From: Octopus vulgaris
Taxonomy: Eukaryota
Direction: 5' to 3'
Assembly: GCA_951406725.2 (NCBI GenBank)
Contig: OX597828.1
Span: forward strand, 44,640,001 to 44,704,000
DNA: 64,000 nucleotides
Below the pieces are notes generated by a model that made no database searches, was not told the origin of the DNA, and worked only from the letters and a program-made list of their open reading frames with translations. This document shows positions 50,591-64,000 of this stretch, one piece after another. A program made the translations under genes and the position numbers. Position 1 is the first letter of the stretch, and the number at the start of each line of letters is the position of its first letter.

Positions 50591-50676
<86 letters not shown>

Positions 50677-50870
50677 CAAACAGATATATATATATATAAA
50701 GGGAGAGAGAGAGAGAGACAGTGTAAGAGAGAGAAGGTTCATGGGCAGTTAGTTACACACGGAGAAAAAGATTGAAAGTATTTAAAGGTAAAGTGAAACA
50801 GCAAAACAAAGAAAAAAAAAGATAACAAAATAGAAACAACAAATCAAAAACAAACAAATAAAAGATGAAG

Positions 50871-50926
<56 letters not shown>

Positions 50927-51443
50927 TGAAAAAGAGGGAAAGACAAAAAAATGAGAGAGAGAGAGAAAGAACTGTATTGTTCAACTGGAATAAAATAATT
51001 CAAGAAAATTTTCCCATTCATTCTTTTCTAGAGTCTTCTATTGCCTCTTTATGCCTATTTACTCAATTTCAGTACATACCAGAAGTTATGCTATAATATT
51101 TGTGCCCACTTACACACACCATACACTTACACACACACAATACACTTACACACACAATAATACACTTCTATGCTTTCAAACTGTAACTTGCCTAATGGTA
51201 CTTTTCTTGTTAGACAAAGTAGAGACTTGCTGAAGTATTACCAACTTCCTAGAAAATAAAATACAGTCTAAAATACAGTCTTTACATTGAATTTTAGTTT
51301 TAAAGTTTCTGCATTTTCAACACCACATTTCTTTCTCCTTCCATTTTTGTTATTGAAAATACATATGTATATACCCTGCCACACACACGCACATTTGTGT
51401 GTGAGTGTGTGTATATGCATAATTATATATATATGTACATACA

Positions 51444-51509
<66 letters not shown>

Positions 51510-51559
51510 TTCATATATACATACATACATGCGTTTATATATGTTATGTGCTGTTGCGT

Positions 51560-52030
51560 CAATCAGTAGAAAAGCACTCGATCAGCTAATAGAGTAAAGA
51601 TAATCTTATAACAAAAAAACACATATCTTGTAAATACTGCTACCCAGGGTTTCCCGGTTGAAATAATTGACCATTATTAAGACAATAGCTGTTGTTTTAA
51701 TAACGGTCAATCACACAGTAATTTTCCTTTGTATAATGGTCATTTTCATAGCACTTTTTCCAATGGCCAGATAACTGAAGAGATGGCAGCATGAATTTCC
51801 ACCCCGGCATCCGAAACTCGGCATGGAAATCCACGCCACCATCTCTTCAGCTATCCGGCCATCGGAAAAAGTGCTATGAAAATGACCATTATACAAAGGG
51901 AAATTACTATGTGATTGACTGTTATTAAGACAAAAGAGCTATTTGAATGACTGCTAAGCATGGATTTCCACCCCAGCATCCGAATAATTTTCACATATTA
52001 CATTTACAGATAAATTCCTCTATTTACATA
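51560..52030. mobile_element. Rearranged Penelope-like terminal-repeat element with a 240-bp hairpin
   Basis: 51692-51800 pairs with 51822-51933. The start (51565-51655) repeats 49665-49755. CTGAAGA at 51775 and GAAAC at 51813. Confidence 0.6.
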
Positions 52031-52074
52031 ATATCGAGGTCTCTTTCATTCTTTTGTTGTCTTACCATTTTTAT

Positions 52075-52113
<39 letters not shown>

Positions 52114-53107
52114 TATATGCATATATACATACATACATACATACATATGTACTTACCTTCCAAACTTTAATAAGCTTGTGGGTGCCTCTGGAATAAACAA
52201 TACTGTCTTAGGCACCAAAATTATTAGGATTTTCAACTGACAACTGATGTGGGGTTCAGATGTATGTAAGTCTGTTTGAGTTGTCTTTCCTGTTTTGCCT
52301 ATAAACATCTTTCTCTATATAGTGCCATAATAAAACATTGGACCTATTATCTGTCTAGCATAAGACTAGAGGTTTCCTGGATTTCTGAATTTTCTGTTCT
52401 CAGAATATATACGTCTAAATATATACTTAAAGCATAAAATAAACTATGGAGAGCAGAGAGCTAAATTGCATTTAAAAGATTCAAATTAACATACTCCTAA
52501 AACAGGGTTAATCTGATATTTATCAATCCACTTAAAATTTCTAAAAATACCTCATACTTTATACCATTGGAAGAAAAATAAAGAACATGATTATATTTAA
52601 GAGTTACAGGTACAAATATACTTCTAAGCCAGTATTATGTTTAATCTTTATCAACCCACTTGAAAACAGGAAGAACAAAACTATTTTTAACACACCATTT
52701 GCAAATTAATCAACTTCAAAAACAGGGTTTGTTTACACAATACAGGGTATAATATATTGTGCTCTATTCTACAGTATTCTCACATTTCTGGAAATTCTAG
52801 TTTCCTGGGAGCAGGATAAGTGGTCTGTTACTGTATTCATCACACAAAGGCATGTAACTTTACTAAACATTATGGTCAGATCTTTCTAAGCTTTGATCGG
52901 GAATCGATCTTTCTTGTGTGTCTATCTCAACATCTATCCATCACTCTCTCTCTCTCTCTCTGTCTGTCTGTCTGTCTGTCTGTCTCTTTCTCTCCTTCTT
53001 ATACAGCACTTCAGTTTTCAATCACTCACTCTCTCTTTTGACAGTCTCAGCAACAGACCCTATTCCACCACAACTATTCTACCCCGTTCTCTTTCTCTTT
53101 CTCTTTT

Positions 53108-53147
<40 letters not shown>

Positions 53148-53316
53148 CTTCCACCAGTTCTGCTTCCATCTTTATCTATAGCTTACCATCTGTGTCTACA
53201 TTCACCTGCTATTGTTTTCTATTATACAAACATACACACATTTATAAACAAATATATAAAGATGAATTATATGCATATATATGTGTATGCATATACACAT
53301 ATATATGTTTATATAT

Positions 53317-53428
<112 letters not shown>

Positions 53429-53571
53429 TCATACATATATACACACATATATATACACACATATATGCACACACATATATATGTATATTTATATGTATAT
53501 GCATATATATAGTTTTATATATATATAACTATAATATATATATAAACATATGAATATATATATATATATAG

Positions 53572-53629
<58 letters not shown>

Positions 53630-53646
53630 ATACATATACACATACA

Positions 53647-53684
<38 letters not shown>

Positions 53685-54216
53685 GTATATATACATATAT
53701 ATATGTGTATACGTATATATATATGGACACACATACATCCACTGTGCTTCAATGAAGCTAAAAAGCAGTCATTGCATAAAACAGAGATAGTTTATATTGA
53801 TTTATTAAAGTTAAATGTCTATGCAATACATGAAAGGTTTGTGCTGATCATTCTTCCCATCAAATACCATTGCAAATGGCATTTCAATAAATAAATATGA
53901 ATATAAGAACCCCCATCGAAAACACAACAATCTGCATTATTCTGCCGTTTCTCATCATCGCTTATATTACTTTTCATTCTTCATATTTTTCAATGAGATT
54001 CGACTTTAACTAATTGTAATGTAGCCATATAGCTTTCTACAGGGTGTTCAAAAAGTCTCTCCGCAGTGAATTTTTTCTTCTTCAAGATGTATTTCAAAAC
54101 ATGTGCAGAAGAGTCAACTTATGTATTGTAAATGAAGGACGACACCTTCAACACCACTTATAAAGTTTTTTTTTTTAAATCTTGTAAAGTCTAATATTTT
54201 CTTTTGTAGTCTTATA

Positions 54217-54515
54217 CATCATCATCATCATCGTTTAACGTCCGCTTTCCATGCTAGCATGGGTTGGACGGTTCAACTGGGGTCTGGGAAGCCCGAAGGC
54301 TGCACCAGGCCAGTCAGATCTGGCAGTGTTTCTACAGCTGGATGCCCCTTCTAATGCCAACCACTCCGAGAGTGTAGTGGGTGATTTTATGTGCCACCTG
54401 CACAGGTGCCAGACGAGGCTGGCGAACGGCCACGCTTGGATGGTGTTTTTTTTTGTGCCACCGACACAGGTGCCAGGCGAGGCTGGCGAACAGCCACGCT
54501 CGGATGGTGTTTTTT
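54217..54515 (-). mobile_element. RTE LINE 3' UTR fragment
   Basis: Same subfamily as 32769-33167, with two 63-bp units. Confidence 0.87.
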
Positions 54516-55229
54516 CTTATAAATATTTCTTTTGCAATAAAATATGCCAAGCATCCATTTCCAAGTAAGTTTTATCTTAATAATTCTGATGTGCACTCTA
54601 CAACTATCTCTATTCCCCCTTTATTCCGCTATTCTTCTTTTTTTTCCTGTTTTTCTTCTCCTCCCCTTCACCGTTCTCTTTCTCTCCCTCACTCTTCCTC
54701 CTTGACTCTCTCATTGCTCACACGTGACCAGCGGCTATCATTCTTTCTTCCTCTTGCTTTACAAGAGACAAGACCTACTTTTGCCTGTCTCCTGTCATAG
54801 CTTCTTTCTCCAGCGTTCATCACTTCACCTTGTTATGGCTTAAAAGCCCTCACCATTTGTTTTTACTGTTTTATTCTTACTATCCTGTTTTTGTTACCAC
54901 TTTAACCCTCCGCAAAAAATCCCAAATTTTATTTAATTTTTACTTGCGGGAACGACTGTTTTAACAAAGTCGCATTTTGTCCCAACGTTTGAAATGCAAT
55001 GTAGATAAAACAGGGGACAACTGATGAAGGGATTGCACTTTATTTTGCCTGTCTCGTTTCTCTATTTGTTTCTTTTGTTGTTTGAAGAAAAAATGTTTGT
55101 TTTCCATGTTTTTGTTTTTTTGATGTTTTCGTGTTTCATTTTGTTCATGTTTTTCTGATGTCCTTTACCCATATATGCATATGTATATACATATATATAT
55201 ATATATATATATAAGACCACATATGAATC

Positions 55230-55410
55230 ATTATCGATTTTCTTCCTTTTCCTTTCTATTGAACTTTCCTCTTTTTCCGAAGAAGAGCGTCTGCTCAAAA
55301 CGTTAAACCATCTTTCTTTCCTTTCCTGAGTGCCTGCTAATACTTTACATGTACCAAATCCTAGTGTTGTTGTGTTTTTGTGTTTGTTGTTCTTCTTTTT
55401 TTGGGATTTA
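55230..55410 (+). mobile_element. ~180-bp element with HHR-like motif (family of 6471-6667)
   Basis: ttttCCGAAGAagagcgtctgctcAAAACGTTaaacc. Confidence 0.55.
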
Positions 55411-55412
55411 GC

Positions 55413-55458
<46 letters not shown>

Positions 55459-55543
55459 CAATGTGTGTATATATATATATGTATCTATGTGTGTATTTAT
55501 ATATATATATATATATATATATACATACATACATACATATAGA

Positions 55544-56411
55544 GAAAACTTTTGATCAACAAACACATTGACTACAGTAGGTTAATTATTTTTTAATACA
55601 AAACTTTAATATTGCTTACAGCCGTTTCTGCTACCAATGTCAGTCGATGCCTCCAAAGAAAATAACAAGAATGATATTCATCATCTTCATAGCACATCTG
55701 ATCTAGTACATGGAGTTTAATCAGAGTGAATACAGATACATAAAATAGAAGAAGAGAAGATGGAAGAGTAAAGAACAGGGCCTCGAGATGAGGAAAGAAG
55801 GCTTAATAAATCAGAATCATACTATTTTGTAGTGTAAACTAGAAAAATAATTGGTGGGTTAATCTTTCTTTAGGGGTTCCAGGGTGTATAAATATATCAG
55901 TAAGTACACTATTGTAACAACTTTATGGGTTTGTTTTTGGATAAATATCAATTAGCTCAATTTTGAAACCATAAGTACTATTCTTTTTCTAGGCTTATTG
56001 GTGAATCCTGTTATACTGAAGTACTAGTTTTATTTTCTTATTTATACAACCTGGTACCCCTAAAGAAAGATTAAGCCACCAATTATTTTCCTAGTTTATT
56101 TGTGAGTTTATTCTTTTACTCATCACCTTCAAGCTTTACCCTGCAAATTGGTATGATTCTAATTTATTAAGCCTTTTCTCCTCATCTCAAGACCCTGTTT
56201 TTCCTCTTCCTTCTTCTCTTATTTATGCATTTGTATTCACTCTGTACCAGATCGGATGTGCTATAAAAGATGGCAAATATTATTCTCATAACTTTCTATG
56301 AAGGCAGCAACTGACTTTGGTAGCAGAAACGGCTGCAAGCAATGCTGAAATTTTGTATTAAAAAAATAATTAACCGATGGTAGTCAATTTGTTTGTTGAT
56401 CAAAAGTTTTC
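55544..56411. repeat. Large diverged inverted repeat (~350-bp arms)
   Basis: 55544-55895 versus 56039-56411, e.g. gaaaacttttgatcaacaaaca / tgtttgttgatcaaaagttttc and cagccgtttctgctacca / tggtagcagaaacggctg. Confidence 0.85.
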
Positions 56412-56671
56412 CCCATTTTCTGATTATTTTAAAGTTTATGTGCACACACACACACATACATATGTTCATATCTATCTATCTATCTCTTTATATATACATA
56501 CATATATATATAAGTATATATACAAACATATATATGTATATACTTTATCTATATAATATACTGCTCTATAACTTAGAGTGCACTTCTATTTTGGATTTAT
56601 GTTTTACTGATGATATACATACATACATACATACATACATACATACATACATTCATACATATATATGTATG

Positions 56672-56713
<42 letters not shown>

Positions 56714-57864
56714 CACATGTGAGTCTCTGTGTGTGTGTATTTTAGGATGCTGATTTTTATGGCTGGTCAGAGAGTGACCATTGATTTCACACCTATAAAG
56801 CACTTAGCTGTACAGGTGACCTGTCAAACTCAAATGGCCATAGGCACATAACTTCTAGTTGTACATACTTATATATATACATATATACATACATATATAT
56901 ATATACATATATATATACATATATATATATATACATATATATATACACATACACATATATTTGTTTTATATATATATATATATATATACATACACACATA
57001 TATATATATATATATATTTATATATGAATCTATATTAAACATATATATATATAAATATAGATGTACATAAACATATATACATAAAGCTTATTTATATGTG
57101 TACATATGTTGTGTGTATGTGTGTGTATATTTGTGTGTCTCGGCATTGTTGTATATATGTGTATATATCTGTGCAGGTGTGCATACATGCATTACTCTCT
57201 CCCCACTTGATATCATAGGATGGACGAAGACAAGCATTATTGTCTTACAAACAGTGCCATTTCTTTCCAATCTTCCGTAAAGACATGTCTGGCCATGGGA
57301 GAATATTACTGTTTTGGTAAATTCCATCTAACCCATGAGTGCATAGAAATAAGGACGTTAAAATATGGTGATGATGATCTTTTTTACTTTTATTTTTTTA
57401 AACCTGTTTCAGTCATTAGACTGTGGCCATGTTGGGGCACCACCTTGAATATTTTGCTTTAGTCAAATATATCGACTCCAGTATTTATTTTGATGAGTTT
57501 GTCCCACATTCTAAGGAATCTGTTAATTCATCTGAAAAATATGTCTGGATTTAAACTGGCCTTGGATCCAAGAGGTGCTGTTTTCACCTACTTTTTCTTG
57601 TAGAAGCTACCGTGGCAGTCTGTAAAAAACGAAGATCAGTTTTCTGCCTACCGATCTATTTTAGATTCCAGCATGACATTTCGTGGCATATTCACTCTAG
57701 ATTAGCCGTCCGGTCTATATTCAGTCTGTCTTGCAGTTTACATGGTCATAGTAGCAGCAGTGGATGTGGGCCAAAGTAATTTTGGATCAGCAAAGAGGAA
57801 ATTGATTTTCTGGAAAGGAAATTGATTTTGCAACTGAAGTAATGTATATGTGAGTTTTGCGATA

Positions 57865-58246
<382 letters not shown>

Positions 58247-58741
58247 ATTCTTTGGTTTGTTTTAATTGTCATGGCTAAGATCATGCTGAAACTCTACAAG
58301 TTCTCTGTGATTGGTGTGCTTTGTGATACTTGTTCTGCAGTGAGTTACAAATACTCTCCTATGAGTATCAATGTCAAAAATTGGAATGAACAAATGATTG
58401 GCCTTCTGGAAATCTGTAGCCATTAATTCTTATTGCTCACTAGATGAAACAGGGGACCGTGTTGAGTTCCAGTATCTGCTTTGATGAGATTTCTACAACT
58501 GGATGCATTTCCTGATGCCAACCACTCTATAAGAGTAATATATGCTTCTTTTTATTATGGCACCAGCACTACTGAGGTCACCAAGTAATTTGCAAGACAA
58601 AATCTCTCAACTGAGTGAAAGTGTAGTACCGAAGATGGTGGCTTTGTAGTGAGCTAAACAGAAGTAGTGAGCCCAACAGATGTATGATCCGAAGAGAAGT
58701 AGTGAACTAAACAGAAGTAGTGAGCCGAACAGTTATACGGT

Positions 58742-58785
<44 letters not shown>

Positions 58786-58877
58786 GCAAGAAAGAGGGCA
58801 GGAACATGTGTGGTGCTGTAAAGGAGATAAGACAAAGATAAATAGATAGATAGATAGATAGACAGACAGAGAGCACC

Positions 58878-59832
58878 ACATAGGTAGACTGTATGATGCA
58901 TGTGTACGAACAGCCATGCTACATGGCAGTGAAACATGGGCCGTGACTGCTGAGGACATGCGTAAGCTTGCAAGGAATGAAGCCAGTATGTTCCGCTGGA
59001 TGTGTAATGTCAGTGTGCATACCTGACAGAGTGTAAGTACCTTGAGAGAAAAGTTGGATCTAAGAAGCATCAGATGTAGTGTGCAAGAGAGACGTTAGCA
59101 CTGGTATGGCCATGTAGTAAGAATGGATGAGGATAGCTGTGTGAAAAGGTGCCACACCCTAGCAGTTGAGGGAACCTGTGGAAGAGGTAGACTCAGGAAG
59201 ATTTGGGATGAGGTGGTGAAGCATGACCTTCGAACATTGGGCCTCACCGAGGCAATAACTAGTGACCAGGACCTTTGGAAATATGCTGTGCTTGAGAAGA
59301 CTTGGCAAGCCAAGTGAGACCATAACCTTGTGGCCTATGCCAGGGGTGTAACCAGCCCACTTATGCTTACCTTTCCTTCACTGGACACTAAACTCTGCTT
59401 GCTAAGACCTGTTGAGGCAAGTGAAATTGAAATTGAAATCAAATTCGATGACTGGTATCCGTACTAGTGGAGTACCATCGAGCATGATTGTTACTGGCAA
59501 TTGTGCTGGAGGCATAGGAAAATCATTCAAGTGAGGTCACTGCCAGTGACGTTGGACTGGCTCCTGTGCAGGTGGCACATGAAAAGCACCATTTGAGCAT
59601 GGCCATTGCCAGTACCACCTGACAGGCACTCATTCCGGTGACATGTAAAAGCACCCACTACACTCTTGGAGTGGTTGGTGTTAGGAAGGGCATCCAGCTG
59701 TAGAAACTCTGCCAGATCAGACTGGAGCCTGGTGCAGCCATCTGGTTTGCCAGACCTCATTGAAATTATCTAACCTATGCTAGCATGGAAAGCGGACATT
59801 AAACAACGACGACGACGATGATGATGATGATG

Positions 59833-59833
<1 letters not shown>
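58878..59833 (+). mobile_element. RTE LINE 3' fragment (~950 bp)
   Basis: GRLYDACVRTAMLHGSETWAVTAEDMRKLARNEAS...LGLTEAITSDQDLWKYAVLEKT, then 3' UTR and tail. Confidence 0.9.
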
Positions 59834-59866
<33 letters not shown>

Positions 59867-60295
59867 ATATATATATGTATATGTATATATGAACACACAC
59901 ACACATATATATATATGTATGTATACACACACACACACACTCACACAGACATGCACATATATGTACATGTGTGTGTAGTTAGTGTCAGCAAGTAAACTCT
60001 AGTCAATAATGGATTCTTATTCTTGAGAAACCAATTTTACTTTTAAATCTGTTCAATTTATATTGATTTTATTACACACACAAACACACACACAGACACA
60101 AGCACACACACAGACACAGAAACATGTATGCCTCCATGAACACTAACATATTTGTATGTGTTTATACCCATCACTGCATGTGCAAAATCTTACATGTACA
60201 CATGTATAGCAACATGTAAACATTCTCCTTTGCTACCTACATATCTATATGTATACACACATACATACACGCATACATACATACATACATATATG

Positions 60296-60327
<32 letters not shown>

Positions 60328-60461
60328 CATACATATATGCATACATACATACATACATACATACATACATACATACATACATACATACATACTTACATAC
60401 ATAGATACATCATCACTCCTGCCACCGCTGCCACCACCACCACCACCACCACCAGTTGTAC

Positions 60462-60536
<75 letters not shown>

Positions 60537-60537
<1 letters not shown>

Positions 60538-61048
60538 GTTTTATAATGTCAACATAATGTGACAGTCCCGTAAAGGGGATTACTTACACCACTGCTATAT
60601 AGCCCTAGGAAGCATTGACGCTTCCTGTGGGCTTTGACTCATTTCCTGTGTCCTTATATTTGCAAAGGGGAGGCAAGCACCCCAACCAGCTAGCAACCTG
60701 AAGACATTCATGTTTCTGGGTCTTGCCCGTCATCAGTCCAGGGTAGCGAGTCCCACTAGCTGAGATACCTGCCAAGCCTTTGCAAATATATATATTTACA
60801 GTGAAATTTATTCACTGGTCACCGTAATTAGAAATATTGAATTTCTAAATGTCTCAAAGAGACATGAGCGGTGGTGGAGTGATAGAGTGGTTGTATACTG
60901 TCAACTCAACGTGACAGTCCCATAAAGGGGATCACACCACCACTGTTTAGCCCTAGGAAGCATCGGCGCTTCCTGTCGGCTTTGACACATTTCCTGTGTC
61001 CTTATATTTGCAAAGGGGATTGTCACGTTATGTTGACCTTATATAACC
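60537..61048. mobile_element. 512-bp non-coding element with 33-bp TIRs, internal ~120-bp direct repeat and a hammerhead motif
   Basis: TIRs 60537-60569 and 61016-61048 match at 29 of 33 positions; 60548-60671 is repeated at 60900-61019. Confidence 0.75.
60697..60742 (-). ncRNA. Minimal type I hammerhead ribozyme
   Basis: Minus strand CCUGGA-CUGAUGA-C-GGG-CAAGA-CCC-A-GAAAC-AUGAAU-GUC-UUCAGG: complete core, 6-bp stem I (one G-U), 3-bp stem II with a C/A closing mismatch, short stem III, GUC triplet. Confidence 0.75.
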
Positions 61049-61208
61049 ACCTAGCAGTTCAGCAAAAGAGACCAATAGAATAAATACTGGAGACAATTCT
61101 TTTGACTGAAACCCTCTTAGGCAGTGCTCCAGCATGGCCACAGCCAAATGACTGAAACAAATAATAGATATGTATATGTACATATGCATATACATACACA
61201 TGTGCATG

Positions 61209-61242
<34 letters not shown>

Positions 61243-61269
61243 TGTATGTATGTATGTATGTATGTATAT

Positions 61270-61672
61270 ATCATTGTTTAACGTCTGTTTTCCATGCTAG
61301 CATGGGTTGGACGGTTTGACCGGGGTCTGGGAAGCCAGGAGGCTGCACCAGGCTCCAGTCTGATCTGGCAGTCTTTCTACAGCTGGATGCCCTTCCTAAC
61401 GCCAACCACTCCGTGAGTGTAGTTGGTGCTTTTTACGTGCCACCGGCACAGGGGCCAGAGGAGGCTGCAACGTCCACAATCGGTTGGTGCTTTTTAAGTG
61501 CCACCGGCATGGACGCCAGTCGAGGCAGTGCTGGCATCAGCCACGTTCAGATGGCGCTTTACATGTGCTACCGGCACGGGTATCACAACTACCATTTCCA
61601 TTTTGATTTATATTTTGATGTTGATGTTCTTGACTCAATAGGTCCTCTCAAGCACAGCAGGTTGCCCTACGA
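61270..61672 (-). mobile_element. RTE LINE 3' UTR fragment
   Basis: gtttaacgtctgttttccatgctagcatgggttggacgg...ggatgcccttcctaacgccaacc. Confidence 0.85.
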
Positions 61673-61739
61673 TCATACATGCAAAAATGAGTTTATGATT
61701 GTACACATAAATGCATATCTTTCTCTCTGTTTTGTCCGA

Positions 61740-61861
61740 TTGCCTGTCTGTTTGTCCGTCTGTCTCTCTATCTATCCATCCATTTGTCTGTCTGTTTGCC
61801 TGTCTATCAATCTGTCTCTCCATTCATTCATCCATTCATCCATCTATCCCTCCATCTATCC

Positions 61862-61895
<34 letters not shown>

Positions 61896-61966
61896 TTATA
61901 TGTCTATCTATCTATCAATCTGTCTGTCTGTCTGTCTATCTCTCTATCTATCTATCTTTCTATATG

Positions 61967-62011
<45 letters not shown>

Positions 62012-62113
62012 ATATCTATCTATCTATCTATCAATCTCTCTGCCTGTCTGTCTATCTCTCTCTCTCTATCTGTCTATCTATCTATCTATCTATCTATCTA
62101 TAAACTTGTCTCA

Positions 62114-62163
<50 letters not shown>

Positions 62164-62875
62164 GTCTATCTATCTATCAACTTATCTTTCCATCTCTTCT
62201 CTCTCTCTCTCTCTCTCTCTCTCAATCTATCTATCTATCTGCATGTATGTATGCCTGTAGATATCCAGCTGTGGAAACCATGCCAGAGTAGACATTGGAA
62301 TTTGTGTGCAGCCCTCAGGCCTGTCTGTTCATGTCAAAATGTCCAACTCAAGCCAGAAATGAAAACAGATACACACACACACACGTACAAACACAAGCAC
62401 ACACTTACACACACACATAAACTCACAAACACACACATGCACATGCACATACAAACACACACACATGCATACACACACAAGCAGACACACATGCACATGC
62501 ACACATAAACACACACAAGCACACACGTACATATACAAGCACACATACACACACATACACACAAACACACACACATGCATACACAAGTACACACACACAG
62601 ACATACACACACGTACATACACATGCACGCACACACATACACACAAGCACACACACATGCACATGCACACACATACATACAAGCACACACACATACATAC
62701 ACAAGCACACACAAACACACACACATACATATACCAGCACACACATACATACATGCACAAGCACACACACACATGCACATGCACACACAACACACACACA
62801 TACATACACAAGCACACACACACACAAACACACACACACATACACGTACAAGCACACACACACACACACACAAAC
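61740..62875. repeat. (ATCT)n/(CT)n tract then degenerate (CA)n tract
   Basis: Direct inspection. Confidence 0.9.
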
Positions 62876-63371
62876 ACTTCATTTTCCATCTACCAATTCC
62901 TCTTACAAGGCCTGGGCCTATAGCAGAAGATACTTGCCTAAAGTACCATACAGTGGGACTGAACCTGCGATCCTGTAATTGGAAAGCAAACATTTTACCA
63001 TACTGTCACATATATACACACATATATGCATACATAAAGACACACACCCATACTTCTAAAGACCTAAGCTTATATACATAACACCCTAATTTTATGTCAT
63101 AAAATGTGAGAAACATAGAATTAATGCCAATTCTGTGTATTATTCCTTTCAACTATATTCCTCCAAAAATTTCTGATTTGGAATAAACTCAATTAACCAT
63201 ATATTTATTTGTCACGCATTGCAAAATGTCTTGTTTGCTTCCAAGTACCAAAACCATTTTAATGCTGATGGTTGTAATGATGCTGATGATGATGGTAATG
63301 TCATGTTTGTGTTCATGCTCTGACAATAATCAGAACCAGCTTCTTTTAAGGAATCAAGGCTTGACTTTATC

Positions 63372-63830
63372 TTAACCCTTTCATTACCGTATTTATTTTG
63401 AGATGTTCTGTGTTTCTTCTTTCAATTAATTTTAAATAAAACGAAGAATTTAGTAAAATAACTTAGTTATTATTAAGCTAGTGTTAAGAACATAAATTGT
63501 GACTGAGGTTCAGTGGAAGATTTTAATTCAAAGCTTATGGAAATAAGACATTTGTACTCAGAGCCAGAGGCGGTTACAGCCGGGATAGTATCAAAAGAGT
63601 TAAAAATATCACGGTGACTTTAACCCCATTGTTACCGTATTTCTGTTGAGATGCTCTGTGTTTCTTTCAATTAATTTTAAATATAACAAAGAATTTAGTA
63701 AAATAACTTAGTTATCATTAAGCTAGTGTTAGGAACACAAATTGTGACTGAAGTTCGGTGGTAGATATAAATTCAAAACTTATGGAAACAAGACATTGGT
63801 ACTATAGAGCCAGAGGTGGTTTCAGCTATG
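63372..63830 (+). mobile_element. Two tandem copies of a ~230-bp TTAA-flanked (piggyBac-like) MITE
   Basis: ttaaccctttcattaccgtattt...aaaagagttaa (63372-63603). A second copy starts ttaaccccattgttaccgtattt at 63620 and lacks its right end. Confidence 0.7.
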
Positions 63831-64000
63831 ACTCTGTAGTACTAAAAAAAACTCTTTGACTAAAAAAACCCTTTAAGGCGGTGCTCCAGCATGACCACAT
63901 TCAAATGACTGATACAAGAAAAACAAGAAAAGAATATGAGCAGTCAGAGAGTGTAAACCTCTGCCAATGCATTCAACGATTAGCCAAAGATGATTTTTTA

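Noticed and set aside
57490-57740. Unique-looking segment as a possible host exon
   Set aside because: The minus strand gives a broken FF..NRFLRMWDKL, more like a decayed CR1/L2 ORF2 end; too weak to annotate either way.

Overview
AT-rich, repeat-saturated animal genomic DNA. I infer an octopus or other coleoid cephalopod from the SINE and LINE repertoire and the extreme (TA)n/(CA)n/(ATGT)n/(ATCT)n/(CAT)n load; this is not verified. I found no convincing host protein-coding exon, so the window is probably a large intron or intergenic DNA, and almost all ORFs in the supplied track are microsatellite read-throughs. Contents: a 2.2-kb 5'-truncated RTE-clade LINE with a PHD-like finger inside its RT plus about a dozen shorter RTE 3' ends; about 15 copies of a tRNA-derived SINE with an internal microsatellite and two further SINE families; a full-length decayed mariner and two other Tc1/mariner remnants, one with nested MITE, Helitron and RTE insertions; a CR1 3' end; Penelope-like (GIY-YIG) remnants; several MITEs and foldback palindromes; and a 100-N gap. 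The most interesting theme is a recurring set of type I hammerhead-ribozyme (HHR) motifs in small non-coding elements. The best one (minus strand 60697-60742) lies in a 512-bp element with terminal inverted repeats, an internal direct repeat and a rod-like hairpin. Also notable are an isolated CpG-rich 250-bp island (43468-43720) and base-pair covariation in the RTE 3'-terminal hairpin. All structures were read by eye, and repeat boundaries are approximate.
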